Origin: an uncultured bacterium
Lineage (GTDB): Bacteria; Hydrothermota; Tepidihabitantia; Tepidihabitantales; Tepidihabitantaceae
Direction of reading: 5' to 3'
DNA: 64,000 bases
NCBI GenBank assembly: GCA_964412225.1
Contig: CAYPNB010000001.1
Span: 75,656-139,655, forward strand
A program made the translations under genes and the position numbers. Of this stretch, positions 46,871 through 56,194 are shown piece by piece. Numbering within the stretch: the first letter of the stretch is position 1; each line of letters starts with the position of its first letter. Below the pieces are notes generated by a model. That model was given only the letters and a program-made list of their open reading frames with translations. It did not search any database and was not told where the DNA came from.

Positions 46871-48130
46871 ATGGCTTACGGTAAAATGAAAGAGTTTCTT
46901 CAAAATGAACTGAATTCAGTTCGGGCGCAGGGGCTATATAAGGAGGAGCGTTACATCCACGGACCCCAGGGCGCCGGGATCAGGGTGGAGTTTCCCAGCG
47001 GGGCACCGCCGCGGGAGGTTTTGAATTTCTGCGCCAATAATTATCTGGGGCTGTCAAGCCATCCCGAGGTGATCAAGGCGGCGCACGAGGCGCTGGAAAA
47101 ATGGGGCTACGGGATGTCTTCGGTGCGGTTTATCTGCGGGACCCAGGACCTGCACCGGCAACTGGAGAAAAAGATCGCCGAGTTTCTGGGCACCGAGGAT
47201 GCGATTCTTTACTCTTCCTGCTTTGATGCGAATGGCGGGCTGTTTGAGGTGTTGCTGGGCGCCGAGGATGCGATTGTTACCGACCAGTTGAACCACGCCT
47301 CAATAATTGACGGCATCCGGTTGTGCAAGGTGCCCAAGGAGCGCCGGTTGATTTATAAGCACGCCGATATGGTGGACCTGGAGGCAAAGTTGCGGGAGGC
47401 GCGGGACAAGGGGGCGCGGTTTGTGATGGTTGCCACCGACGGCGCCTTTTCAATGGACGGCGATGTGGCAAAACTGGATGAGATTGTTGCGCTGGCCGAG
47501 AAGTACGACGCGCTGGTGATGATTGACGATTCCCACGCCACCGGTTTTATGGGGAAGACCGGCCGGGGAACCCATGAGCATTGCGGGGTGATGGGAAAGG
47601 TTGATATCATTACCACCACATTTGGCAAGGCGATGGGCGGGGCCTCGGGCGGGGTTACCGCAGCCCGGAAGGAGATTGTGGAAATCCTCCGTCAGCGGTC
47701 CCGACCGTATCTGTTTTCCAATTCGCTTTGTCCGGTGGTGGCGGCGGCAACCCTGCGGGTGATTGAGATTCTTTCCGAGACCACCGATCGCCGGGATAAA
47801 CTGGAGAGAAATACCCGCTACTTCCGGCAGCAGATGACCGCGGCGGGGTTTGACATCAAGCCGGGCGAGCATCCGATTGTGCCGATTATGCTCTATAACG
47901 CCAAACTGTCCCAGGATTTTGCCCGCGACCTGTACCACGAAGGCATTTATGTAATTGGCTTTTTCTATCCGGTGGTGCCGAAGGGGCAGGCGCGTATCCG
48001 GGTGCAACTTTCTGCCGGCCATGAGCAGGAGCATCTGGACAAGGCGATTGCCGCCTTTGTCAAAGTGGGGAAGAAGTACGATATTCTGGGCAAGAAGCGG
48101 GAAGAGATAATCGCCCGTTACGGGGAGTAA
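46871..48130 (+). CDS. kbl: Glycine C-acetyltransferase (2-amino-3-ketobutyrate CoA ligase) / 8-amino-7-oxononanoate synthase family
   Basis: 419-aa class-II aminotransferase with NNYLGL, the PLP-lysine region ([11 protein letters not shown]) and Kbl-like length. GGAGG RBS. Confidence 0.8.
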   Translation: MAYGKMKEFLQNELNSVRAQGLYKEERYIHGPQGAGIRVEFPSGAPPREVLNFCANNYLGLSSHPEVIKAAHEALEKWGYGMSSVRFICGTQDLHRQLEKKIAEFLGTEDAILYSSCFDANGGLFEVLLGAEDAIVTDQLNHASIIDGIRLCKVPKERRLIYKHADMVDLEAKLREARDKGARFVMVATDGAFSMDGDVAKLDEIVALAEKYDALVMIDDSHATGFMGKTGRGTHEHCGVMGKVDIITTTFGKAMGGASGGVTAARKEIVEILRQRSRPYLFSNSLCPVVAAATLRVIEILSETTDRRDKLERNTRYFRQQMTAAGFDIKPGEHPIVPIMLYNAKLSQDFARDLYHEGIYVIGFFYPVVPKGQARIRVQLSAGHEQEHLDKAIAAFVKVGKKYDILGKKREEIIARYGE

Positions 48131-48220
48131 TATCGGATGAAGATGAGATTTGACAGCAGATTTCGGGGTTGATATGTAACTCCTTGTTAAGTCGTCTGTT
48201 ATATGACGACAAAGCGATCA

Positions 48221-48246
48221 GGGGGGTGACCCCGGGGGTCACCCCC
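48221..48246. terminator. GC-rich inverted repeat / putative bidirectional terminator (GGGGGTGAC-cccgggg-GTCACCCCC)
   Basis: 9-bp perfect stem with a self-complementary CCCGGGG loop, lying between kbl (+) and the convergent 920-aa gene (-). Confidence 0.5.
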
Positions 48247-48274
48247 TGAATTGTTTAGATTGGCGGTGATTTTA

Positions 48275-51037
48275 TTATTGAATTATCAGTTTTGCGGTTG
48301 CCCGGGCAAATCCGGATTGGGTTTTTGCCGTGATGAGATATACGCCCCGGCGGAGTTTCTGTAAGTTGAGCGATAGGCGATAGGCGTCGGTGATAAAACT
48401 TTGGCAGAGTCTGCCCGAGCGGTCGTAGATGTTGAGGATGGTTTTTTCTCGGCGCGGGGCAGAGATTTCCAGCAGGACCCGGTTTCTTGCCGGGTTGGGG
48501 TAGAGGTGTAAACTCATCGGTCTGACCGGGGCCAGGGGGTGGGAAGGTTCGGTTACACCCGGACCGGATTCCGGGCTTTTGTAGCACCAGAATTCGTTGG
48601 TTTTGTTGCCCTTGAGGGCAAAGAAGATGCCGTTGCCCAGGGAGACGATGGCACCACCCGCCTTGATTCTTTTCTTCTTTTCGGTTGAGCCATAGGCGGG
48701 GATGGTGTCCAGTTCCTCCCAGCGGTTTTCTGCCGGGAAGAAACGCCAGAATTCGCAGGTATTGCCCCCTTTCAGGCAGTACATCGCCCGGTGCCACCAG
48801 TCACCACCAGCGCCGTCTTTGACCTTTTTCTGTTTTCCCGAGCGCCCGGCAAGGGGGAATTTCTGGAAGGTGATGTTGAGCCACTGGTTGAGGTTGACGT
48901 CGTAGGCGAACACCTCGTTGTATTTTGCCTTGACCGCGTAGATGGTCTGGTTGCCATCAAAGACAATGAATGAGCCCTCGCCGTATTTGTTTTTGCCCGA
49001 TGGGCCGGCTGGTGCCGACGGCAGGGAGTCCCAGCGGTTGGCGACGGTGTTGTAGCGCCAGAATTCGTCTTTGTAGCCCTTGAGGAGGTAGACATAGCCG
49101 GTGTCATTGTGGACGATATAGACCATCCGGGTGCCGCCTTTGATTGGTTTGTTGGTCGGGCCCGGGGGTACCGGTTCCAGCGCTTGCCAGGTGTCAAGGG
49201 CAGCGTCAAAGCGGTACCAACTTGCCTGGGAGTTGCCAACCGTGGCATAGATATAGCGGTAGCGGTCGCTGGTCAGGGCGCCGCCTTTGTAAACCGGTTT
49301 GCCCTTTTCCCCGGGCGGGACCGGGTCAAGGACCGCCCAGGAGTCCTGGTCAATGTCATAGCGAAGGAAATCGCTGGTTTTGTTGCCGCGCAGGGCATAG
49401 ATGTGGTTGCCGAGATGGGCAAGGGCACCGCCTGCTTTTACCTCTTCCGCGCCGACGGGCAGGGAAGTCATCTCCTGCCAGCCGGGCTGGAGCGGTCGGC
49501 GGATAAGCACCGTTTTCTGGGCCCGGTCGTTGGTTGGGTCGTTGTCTTCAGCAAGGGCGGTGGAGCAGGAGACAAGGTAGGTGCCTTTCGCGGCGTTCCA
49601 GGCACGGAAGCTGAGGGCGATGGTTTCACCGGGAGAGATGGCGGTGACGGTTACCGAGTCCGAAAACTGGGGTACCCCGGCGCGATAGGCGGTGAAGTAG
49701 GTTTTGAAGTTGGCCTCGGCGAAGGTGCCGTAATTGACAATTGTTACCTGCGGGATTATCGGTCCCGGCGGTGTTGTGTCAAGGGGCGAGAGGAATTGGC
49801 CGGCACCAATGTCGTGGACCGGGGAACGGACGAGACAGGTGATGCTGACCGAGTTGTTTTCCGGGTTCAGGTCGCCGGCGATGTTCACCCGGAGGAAGAC
49901 GGTGTAGGTGCCCGGTGGGGTGGCAATCCAGGAGGTAAAACTGACGGTGTCGGTCTGGTTGACCAGCAGGTGGTGGGTGATGGAGTCGGAGTAAATCGGG
50001 CTGCCGAGGATGGTAATTTCCAGGTAAGCTTTGAGCGTTGCCGGCTGGTTGCCGTAGTTGGCGATAACGCCGCGGGGGATGACCAGAGAGTTTTCAATTA
50101 CCTCGCCGCGCGGGGCAAGGATCTCCCGGGCGGCGACGTCGTGATAGAGTGGCGGTTTGACAAACACCCGGCGGGAGACGGTATCGTTTTCCGGGTTCAG
50201 GTCGCCGGGCAGTTGGGTGGCACAGAAGGCGCTGACGATGCCCGCGGTATCGGCAATCCAGGTGCGGAAGTTGATGGTGGTGGTTTCGCCCGGGGCAAGG
50301 TTGGCGGTCCAGACGCTATCCTGGTAATCGGCGATGGTGAGAACCGTCCAGAATTCGGCAATTCCAATCCGGGAAAGGTTAGTAACCCGGCAACTGGGGG
50401 TGATCTGGGCGTTGGAGTCAACCGTGTCGCGCGGGGCGACGAGTTGGAGGAGCCCGACATCGGTAGCCCGGCGTTTGGCGGTGATGCTGAAGTTGTCAAT
50501 AACCCAGTGGGCGATGCCATCCGCCTGGGTGAGGAGAGAAAAGGCAAAGCGCACCCCGCGCTGATTTGTCGCCCAGGGCAGGTGATAGGTGATAAGCCCG
50601 GGTGCGATTGTCTGGCCCGAGAAGTTGGCAATTTCAATTGTGAATGGTCCCGAGTCCACCGCGGCGAGGATTTTTGCTTCGGCGTAGCCGGTGCCGGGGG
50701 TGAATCCGAGCGAGCAGCGCAGGACAACGCTGTCACAACCGATGAGGTTCAGATAGGGGGTGATGAGCCAGTCTTCGCCCTCTTCGCCCGGACCGACCAC
50801 GGCGTAGGGGGTGGGGTTTTCGGACCAGGGGTTGAACCCCAGGTCGGGTGCCCGGTGCCAGTCGTTAGTACTGGTGTCGTCGGTAAATATTATCTCCCAG
50901 CCCGCGGGCGGGTTGGCAGTTGACCAGGTGCCGTTGAAGTTTTCGGAGAGGATAACTGCCTGACCGTTGGTTTTTACCGGTGCCAGCAGGAATCCGATAC
51001 TCAAAATAAATATTAGCCCAGGACATAATCTTTTCAT
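48275..51037 (-). CDS. Large secreted repeat protein with T9SS C-terminal domain (paralog of 41796-45464)
   Basis: 920 aa with a signal peptide (MKRLCPGLIFILSIGFLLAPV). It has the same ~50-aa repeat family (...FALKGNKTNEFWCY.., YVYLLKGYKDEFWRYNTVANRWDSLPSAPAG) and a C-terminal CTD (...GVYLITAKTQSGFARATAKLIIQ). Confidence 0.8.
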   Translation of the reverse strand: MKRLCPGLIFILSIGFLLAPVKTNGQAVILSENFNGTWSTANPPAGWEIIFTDDTSTNDWHRAPDLGFNPWSENPTPYAVVGPGEEGEDWLITPYLNLIGCDSVVLRCSLGFTPGTGYAEAKILAAVDSGPFTIEIANFSGQTIAPGLITYHLPWATNQRGVRFAFSLLTQADGIAHWVIDNFSITAKRRATDVGLLQLVAPRDTVDSNAQITPSCRVTNLSRIGIAEFWTVLTIADYQDSVWTANLAPGETTTINFRTWIADTAGIVSAFCATQLPGDLNPENDTVSRRVFVKPPLYHDVAAREILAPRGEVIENSLVIPRGVIANYGNQPATLKAYLEITILGSPIYSDSITHHLLVNQTDTVSFTSWIATPPGTYTVFLRVNIAGDLNPENNSVSITCLVRSPVHDIGAGQFLSPLDTTPPGPIIPQVTIVNYGTFAEANFKTYFTAYRAGVPQFSDSVTVTAISPGETIALSFRAWNAAKGTYLVSCSTALAEDNDPTNDRAQKTVLIRRPLQPGWQEMTSLPVGAEEVKAGGALAHLGNHIYALRGNKTSDFLRYDIDQDSWAVLDPVPPGEKGKPVYKGGALTSDRYRYIYATVGNSQASWYRFDAALDTWQALEPVPPGPTNKPIKGGTRMVYIVHNDTGYVYLLKGYKDEFWRYNTVANRWDSLPSAPAGPSGKNKYGEGSFIVFDGNQTIYAVKAKYNEVFAYDVNLNQWLNITFQKFPLAGRSGKQKKVKDGAGGDWWHRAMYCLKGGNTCEFWRFFPAENRWEELDTIPAYGSTEKKKRIKAGGAIVSLGNGIFFALKGNKTNEFWCYKSPESGPGVTEPSHPLAPVRPMSLHLYPNPARNRVLLEISAPRREKTILNIYDRSGRLCQSFITDAYRLSLNLQKLRRGVYLITAKTQSGFARATAKLIIQ

Positions 51038-51127
51038 AAGGACCTCCTTTTAAATTCACCGGGCCGAAATCTCCACGCCGTTAGCTGTTTTGGACGCAGT
51101 TAATAATAACTCGGTTTTTCCCTGCTG

Positions 51128-52180
51128 TCAACAGCCATTGCTGCCCGGCGGGTGAAAGGTCAAACCCCGGCGTTGGTGCCAGTCGGCGGGGTTCTGAAAG
51201 TAGGTGCAGACCTCCTGGTATTCGGCATCGGTGAGGAAGCTGATCTCCCGGGGGATTTTTTCTGAGAGGGCGGCTTCCCGGTTGGTCAGGGAGTGGAGTT
51301 TGACCCCAAGTCGTGCCAGTTCGGTTTCCCCACCCTGCTGACGGTCAAAGAGTACAAAGCAGTGGTCAATCCTGCCCCCCCAGGAGCGGATTTTTTCAAT
51401 TACCTGGGTTTTGGTCCAGCCGTGGACCATGGTGTCGTCAACCAGGAGCACCCGTTTGCGAAACAGTTCGTGCGCCCGTACCCCTTCAAACGGACTGGCT
51501 TCCGGGTAGCGCCGCTGACGCCGGGCGAAAAACATCGGTCGGGCGAGTTTCTGCGCCAGTTGGGCGGCGATGGCGATGCTGCCCGCTTCAATGCCGCAGA
51601 TGGCATCAAAGCCGAGATTGCGGATCAGGAGGGCGCTGGTGCTCAGGACAAAGTCGTTCACCACCGGGTAGTAGGAGAGCCCTTTAACATCAATGTAAAT
51701 CGGGCTGTAGTTGCGGTTTTCGTCAACCTTGAACAGCGGGCGGAGGTCGCCGAGGCTGACTTTGATGGCACCAATCTGCCAGAAAATAGCCGCCACCGTC
51801 TCGGCAAGGTTGCCCGCCATCTTTTCCCGGATGACGCCGAGGTCCGGGGTGATGATGCGCTGTTCCCGTAAGAGGCGATAGACCTGCAGCGCCTGCGGTT
51901 CGGGTAGTTCCAGCGCGATGCGGGTTTCGTCAATGTCGTAGATGAAGTGGAGCCGGCCGATTTCGCCGGTTGGCCCGCGCAGGGGGTAGCTCTCGGCATT
52001 TTCCACCCGGACGCCGGGTCCCAGTTTCTCCGCTTCGGGGTTGATCAGTTCCCGGTAAACGGCAAAGAAGTCCTGGGCCAGGGCGGCGACTTCCGAGTAT
52101 TCCAGAATGTAGGGGGTTGACGCCCACACCACCCTGCCGGTGGTTTCCAGTTCGCGCAGGGGAACTTGACTCAGTTTCAC
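51128..52180 (-). CDS. Two-domain protein: unknown N-terminal domain fused to orotate-phosphoribosyltransferase-like (type I PRTase) domain
   Basis: C-terminal ~200 aa are PyrE-like (SPIYIDVKGLSYYP..., PRPP-binding loop RVLLVDDTMVHGWTKT). The N-terminal ~140 aa have no recognisable motif. Confidence 0.65.
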   Translation of the reverse strand: MKLSQVPLRELETTGRVVWASTPYILEYSEVAALAQDFFAVYRELINPEAEKLGPGVRVENAESYPLRGPTGEIGRLHFIYDIDETRIALELPEPQALQVYRLLREQRIITPDLGVIREKMAGNLAETVAAIFWQIGAIKVSLGDLRPLFKVDENRNYSPIYIDVKGLSYYPVVNDFVLSTSALLIRNLGFDAICGIEAGSIAIAAQLAQKLARPMFFARRQRRYPEASPFEGVRAHELFRKRVLLVDDTMVHGWTKTQVIEKIRSWGGRIDHCFVLFDRQQGGETELARLGVKLHSLTNREAALSEKIPREISFLTDAEYQEVCTYFQNPADWHQRRGLTFHPPGSNGC

Positions 52181-52824
52181 GCGCCGGCCTTTTTCGCCTT
52201 GAGTTGTTCCAGCCGGTTACTGTAAAGGTAGTTCCAGAGCGCCCGGGTTTTCCGTTTCAGTTCTGCGAGCGATCCGTTGTTTTCCAGGACAAAGTCGGCG
52301 CGGGACCAGAACCGGGCGTCTGAACCCTGAAGTTTCAGGCGCTGCGCCACCTCCTCTTCACCTAAACCGAGTTTGACCATCCGTTTGATCCGGATTTTGT
52401 CCGGGGCGGTAACAAGGACGGCGATGTCCACCTTCTTGTCCAACCCCCAGGCGAAGAGCAGTGCCGCATCCACCACGACCAGCCCTTCTTTTATCCGGGC
52501 GATTTCCTCATCCAGTCGTTGCAGCAGCGGCGGGTGCATAATTGCATTCAGTTTCTTCAGGCTGGCCGCCGATTTGAACGCCAAGCGGGCGAGCGCCGGG
52601 CGGTCAATTTCCCCCTTTTTAGTAAGGATCTCCCGGCCGAAGGTGGCAACCAGTTTTTTGAACTGTTGAGTGCCGGGCTGGAGCAGGGTTTTGCCAATCT
52701 GGTCGGCGTCAATGACCTTTGCCCCGTAGCGCCGCAATTCGTTGGCAACGGTGGTTTTGCCCGAACCGATGTTGCCGCCGATGCCGATGACCAGTTTCGC
52801 CTGGGCGAGTTTGCGGTCAAACAT
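52177..52824 (-). CDS. coaE: Dephospho-CoA kinase
   Basis: P-loop VIGIGGNIGSGKTTVANEL at the N-terminus and CoaE-like length. Overlaps the downstream PRTase gene by 4 nt. Confidence 0.85.
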   Translation of the reverse strand: MFDRKLAQAKLVIGIGGNIGSGKTTVANELRRYGAKVIDADQIGKTLLQPGTQQFKKLVATFGREILTKKGEIDRPALARLAFKSAASLKKLNAIMHPPLLQRLDEEIARIKEGLVVVDAALLFAWGLDKKVDIAVLVTAPDKIRIKRMVKLGLGEEEVAQRLKLQGSDARFWSRADFVLENNGSLAELKRKTRALWNYLYSNRLEQLKAKKAGA

Positions 52825-52825
52825 T

Positions 52826-53614
52826 TCAGATTACCTTGGCCTCTTCGCGCAGGAGCCGGACCAGTTCCGGGACCACCTGGTGTAATTCGCCTTCCAGAAC
52901 CCGACCCGCCTTGCGTTCGGGCGGCAGACGGTGGCCTACCTGGATAACTCGGCGGCTAAGCGTTGCCGGGTCAACTTGCAGTTCGGCGGCGTTCCAGACC
53001 GGGATTGCTTTTTTCTTTGCCGCCATCATCAGTTTCAAGGTCGGATAGCGGGGCTGGTATTTGCCCTTCTGGATGGTGAACAGGCAAGGGAGTTGGGCGT
53101 TGACAATCTCGGTGGCGCCTTCCACCTCACGGTGGGCGATTACCTCCCGGGCGTCCGGTGCCGGGACCTCAATTTCGGGCACCACCGCGACATGGGGAAT
53201 GCCGAGGTAATGGGCGATCGCCTGCGGAACCCAGGCCATGTCGTCGTCAATCGCCTGCTTGCCGCAGAGGACGATTTTGAAGTCCAGCCGGCTGACCGCC
53301 GCGGCGAGGGCCCGACCCAGTCCGAGGCCATCCAGGCCTTCAAAAGCGGGGTCCATTAGATGGATTGCGTCGTCCACCCCCATGGCCAGGGCGGTGCGCA
53401 GCGCCATCTTCACCCGTTCTGGTCCAAGGCTGACCGCGGTAACCTTGCCCTGCCCCAGTTTTTCTTTGATGCGCAGGGCGGTCTCAATTGCATATTCATC
53501 GTAGGGGTTGATGACCCATTCCACTTCACCCGTGTCAACGAATCCGGTCTGGGAGTTAATCCGGATTTTTGTTTCGGTTGATGGGACCTGTTTTATACAA
53601 CAAACGATATGCAT
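52826..53614 (-). CDS. Electron transfer flavoprotein beta subunit (orphan EtfB-like)
   Basis: MHIVCCIKQVPSTETKIRIN...VEWVINPYDEYAIETALRIKE is the canonical EtfB N-terminus. No etfA is adjacent. Confidence 0.8.
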   Translation of the reverse strand: MHIVCCIKQVPSTETKIRINSQTGFVDTGEVEWVINPYDEYAIETALRIKEKLGQGKVTAVSLGPERVKMALRTALAMGVDDAIHLMDPAFEGLDGLGLGRALAAAVSRLDFKIVLCGKQAIDDDMAWVPQAIAHYLGIPHVAVVPEIEVPAPDAREVIAHREVEGATEIVNAQLPCLFTIQKGKYQPRYPTLKLMMAAKKKAIPVWNAAELQVDPATLSRRVIQVGHRLPPERKAGRVLEGELHQVVPELVRLLREEAKVI

Positions 53615-53617
53615 TGG

Positions 53618-54868
53618 CTACTCCTCAAATTTTTTCACACATAACGAGCAGTTATGCCCGCCGAATCCAAACGAGTTGGAAAGGGCGTTGCGGATTTCCA
53701 TCGCCCGGGGGCCCGTTGGAACAAAGTCCAGATTGACCCCTTCATCTGGCTGGACAAAGTTGAGCGTCTGGTGGATCCGTCCCTCTTTTACGCTCAGGAC
53801 CATAGCGATAAACTCCATCGCACCGGCGGCACCCAGGCCGTGGCCGATCATTGATTTGGTGGAGTTGATCGCCAGGCGCCGGGCATGGTCACCGAATACG
53901 TCAATAATTGCCTTTACCTCGGCCGCATCGTTGAGCGGAGTGGAGGTACCGTGGGCGTTGATGTAGTCAACCTCTTCTGGCGTCAGTCCGGCATCCTGGA
54001 GCGCCAGTTGCATCGCCATTGCCGCGCCTTTGGCTTCCGGGTCCGGGGCGGTGATGTGGTAACCGTCAGCGGTGGCACCGTAGCCGGCGATTTCGCAGTA
54101 AATCTTTGCCCCGCGCCGCCGGGCATGCTCAAGTTCTTCCAGAACATAGATACCGCAACCTTCGGCAATCACAAAGCCGTCCCGTTCCCGGTCAAATGGT
54201 CTTGAGGCCTGTTCCGGCTGGTCATTCCGTTTCGACAGGGCGCCCATATTGGCAAAGGCGGCGACGGTAAATTTGGTTATCGGCGCTTCGGTGCCACCGG
54301 TGATTATAATGTCGGCGTCGCCGTGCTGGATGTGGCGCAGGGCAACACCGGTGGCGTGGGCACCGGAGGCGCAGGCAGATACCGAGCAGTAGTTCGGTCC
54401 GCGTAGACCGTAAAGGATGGCAATCTGACCGGATGCCATGTCTGGAATCATCATCGGGATGAGCAGGGGGGAGACCGGTCGGGGACCCCGGGAGATGAAG
54501 ATACTGTGCTGTTGTTCCCAGGTGGCGATACCACCCATACCGGAGCCAACTACAACGCCCACCCGGTCTTTGTTTTCTTTTTCCAGGTCCAGTCCGGCGT
54601 CCTTAATGGCTTCAATTGCCGCGTAGAGGGCAAACTGGGTGAACCGGTCGGCACGCTTTGCCAGTTTGGCATCCAGTCGCGTCAAGGGGTCAAACCCTTT
54701 TATCTCGGCACCAATCTGGACCGCGAGGTCGGAGGTGTCAAAGGCACTGATTTTGGCGACACCGCTTTTGCCCGTTAGAAGGTTCTGCCAGTAGGTGGGG
54801 ACGTCGTTTCCCAGTGGGGTAACCGCGCCCAGTCCGGTTACCACCACCCGGCGTTTATTGCCATTCAT
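53618..54868 (-). CDS. fabF: 3-oxoacyl-[acyl-carrier-protein] synthase II
   Basis: RRVVVTGLGAVTPLGN N-terminus, active-site Cys (NYCSVSACASGAHA), His-His residues (HGTSTPLND, GHGLGAAG). Confidence 0.9.
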   Translation of the reverse strand: MNGNKRRVVVTGLGAVTPLGNDVPTYWQNLLTGKSGVAKISAFDTSDLAVQIGAEIKGFDPLTRLDAKLAKRADRFTQFALYAAIEAIKDAGLDLEKENKDRVGVVVGSGMGGIATWEQQHSIFISRGPRPVSPLLIPMMIPDMASGQIAILYGLRGPNYCSVSACASGAHATGVALRHIQHGDADIIITGGTEAPITKFTVAAFANMGALSKRNDQPEQASRPFDRERDGFVIAEGCGIYVLEELEHARRRGAKIYCEIAGYGATADGYHITAPDPEAKGAAMAMQLALQDAGLTPEEVDYINAHGTSTPLNDAAEVKAIIDVFGDHARRLAINSTKSMIGHGLGAAGAMEFIAMVLSVKEGRIHQTLNFVQPDEGVNLDFVPTGPRAMEIRNALSNSFGFGGHNCSLCVKKFEE

Positions 54869-54898
54869 AGCCGAATTATCGGTCGGGTTTTGGGCTCG

Positions 54899-55165
54899 TT
54901 ACTGAACCGATTCGCCGGCCGCGGCTTTCTTTTCCGCCAGTTTTCTTTCCAGGTATTCAACCGCCTTGCCGACGGTGGTTAATTGCTGGGAGTCCTCGTC
55001 CGGGATTTTGATGCCGAACTTGTCCTCAAAAGCCAGGACCAGTTCCACAATGTCCAGCGAATCGGCGCCCAGGTCTTCCTGGAAACGGGCGTCAGGGGTT
55101 AGTTTTCCTGCCGCGTCGGGCAGCTTTTCCGTGATAATCGCCTTCACTTCATCAATTAACGCCAT
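54899..55165 (-). CDS. acpP: Acyl carrier protein
   Basis: Start at MALIDEVKAI with an AAGGAGG RBS. The phosphopantetheine site is LGADSLDIVELV. Confidence 0.9.
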   Translation of the reverse strand: MALIDEVKAIITEKLPDAAGKLTPDARFQEDLGADSLDIVELVLAFEDKFGIKIPDEDSQQLTTVGKAVEYLERKLAEKKAAAGESVQ

Positions 55166-55283
55166 AAAAGCCTCCTTGGGGTTAAAATATACAAATAATT
55201 TTAACCGTTCTTCTGAGAATGTCAAGAATACCATATGGTTTTAAGGTTTAACTTGACAGAAAGCGATTAAGGTTTAAGTTTAT

Positions 55284-56180
55284 TTGATGGCTCTGGCATT
55301 GGTTTTATCGCTGGTTGTCTTTTATCCGGGTGCGGGCACCGCCGGATTTGATTTCCTCCGGATTACCCCCACCGCCCGGGAGGCGGCTCTCGGCGGCGCG
55401 CCGGCAGTGGGCGCGGGAAACGGTTTCAACTTTTATTATAACCCGGCTGGTATCGCCACCGGTAGCGCGGCGCATATCGGTTATATCAATTATCCGGCGG
55501 GAATTCATGCCGGGTCAGCCGGTTATAGCCAGCCGGTGACAGACAACTACGGCGTGGGGGTGGGTGTTTTTTATCTCAACTCCGGCCGGATGAAACGGAC
55601 AAACGAACAGGGTGAAGAGTTGGGGACATTTGGGGTCTCCTATGCCAATCTGAACCTTTCCGGCGGCATCCGGCTTCCCTATGACCTGGCGTTCGGGCTT
55701 GGGCTCAACGGCCTTTACGGCGGAATTGATTCCTTTTTCTCGCTGGCGGTTGCGGCCAATATCGGGATCAGCTATCAGCCATCGGTCCTGCCGTTGAAAC
55801 TGGGGTTTGTGGTCCAGAATCTGGGGGGTGAGTTAAAGCCATTTGGCAGTACCCGGGACCCGCTGCCCCTGGAGTTTCGGCTCGGCGGCTACTGGGAGCC
55901 GATCCCGGCGCTGAATCTGAATCTGGCACTGGCAAAGCCGATTGATAACCGGTTCAATTTCCGCGCCGGTATCGAGGGCTGGGTGACCAAAGAGCTGGCG
56001 TTACGCGCCGGGTACAGTTCGCTGGGTGCGGACCTGACCGGCGGCACCGGCTGGGACCCGCTGGCCGGGTTCAGCATCGGGCTGGGCATTCGGTACCAGC
56101 GGTATCAACTTGATTACTGTTTTGTGCCGATGGTTGTGCTCGGTTCTGCCCACCGGATATCCCTGGGTTTTGCCCTCTGA
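55284..56180 (+). CDS. Putative outer-membrane beta-barrel protein
   Basis: Signal peptide, alternating hydrophobic beta-strand pattern, Gly/aromatic-rich sequence, and a C-terminal aromatic residue pattern (LGFAL). The family is not confidently assigned (PorP/SprF- or PorV-like is possible). Confidence 0.5.
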   Translation: MMALALVLSLVVFYPGAGTAGFDFLRITPTAREAALGGAPAVGAGNGFNFYYNPAGIATGSAAHIGYINYPAGIHAGSAGYSQPVTDNYGVGVGVFYLNSGRMKRTNEQGEELGTFGVSYANLNLSGGIRLPYDLAFGLGLNGLYGGIDSFFSLAVAANIGISYQPSVLPLKLGFVVQNLGGELKPFGSTRDPLPLEFRLGGYWEPIPALNLNLALAKPIDNRFNFRAGIEGWVTKELALRAGYSSLGADLTGGTGWDPLAGFSIGLGIRYQRYQLDYCFVPMVVLGSAHRISLGFAL

Positions 56181-56194
56181 AGCAAAGTTTTCCA

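Noticed and set aside
48221-48246. GGGGGTGACCCCGGGGGTCACCCCC palindrome as a possible restriction/recombination site or mobile-element end
   Set aside because: Single copy with no flanking integrase or transposase genes. Its position between convergent genes fits a terminator hairpin better.
49109-50923. 604-aa Gly/Val/Asp-rich ORF on the plus strand
   Set aside because: Lies entirely antisense to the 920-aa minus-strand gene, which has a signal peptide, repeat family and T9SS CTD. A low-complexity shadow ORF is typical of high-GC DNA.
40024-51037. Repetitive DNA / CRISPR-like arrays in the T9SS cargo region
   Set aside because: Periodicity is at the protein level (about 150-nt units with divergent nucleotide sequence). 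No short direct repeats with unique spacers and no cas genes.
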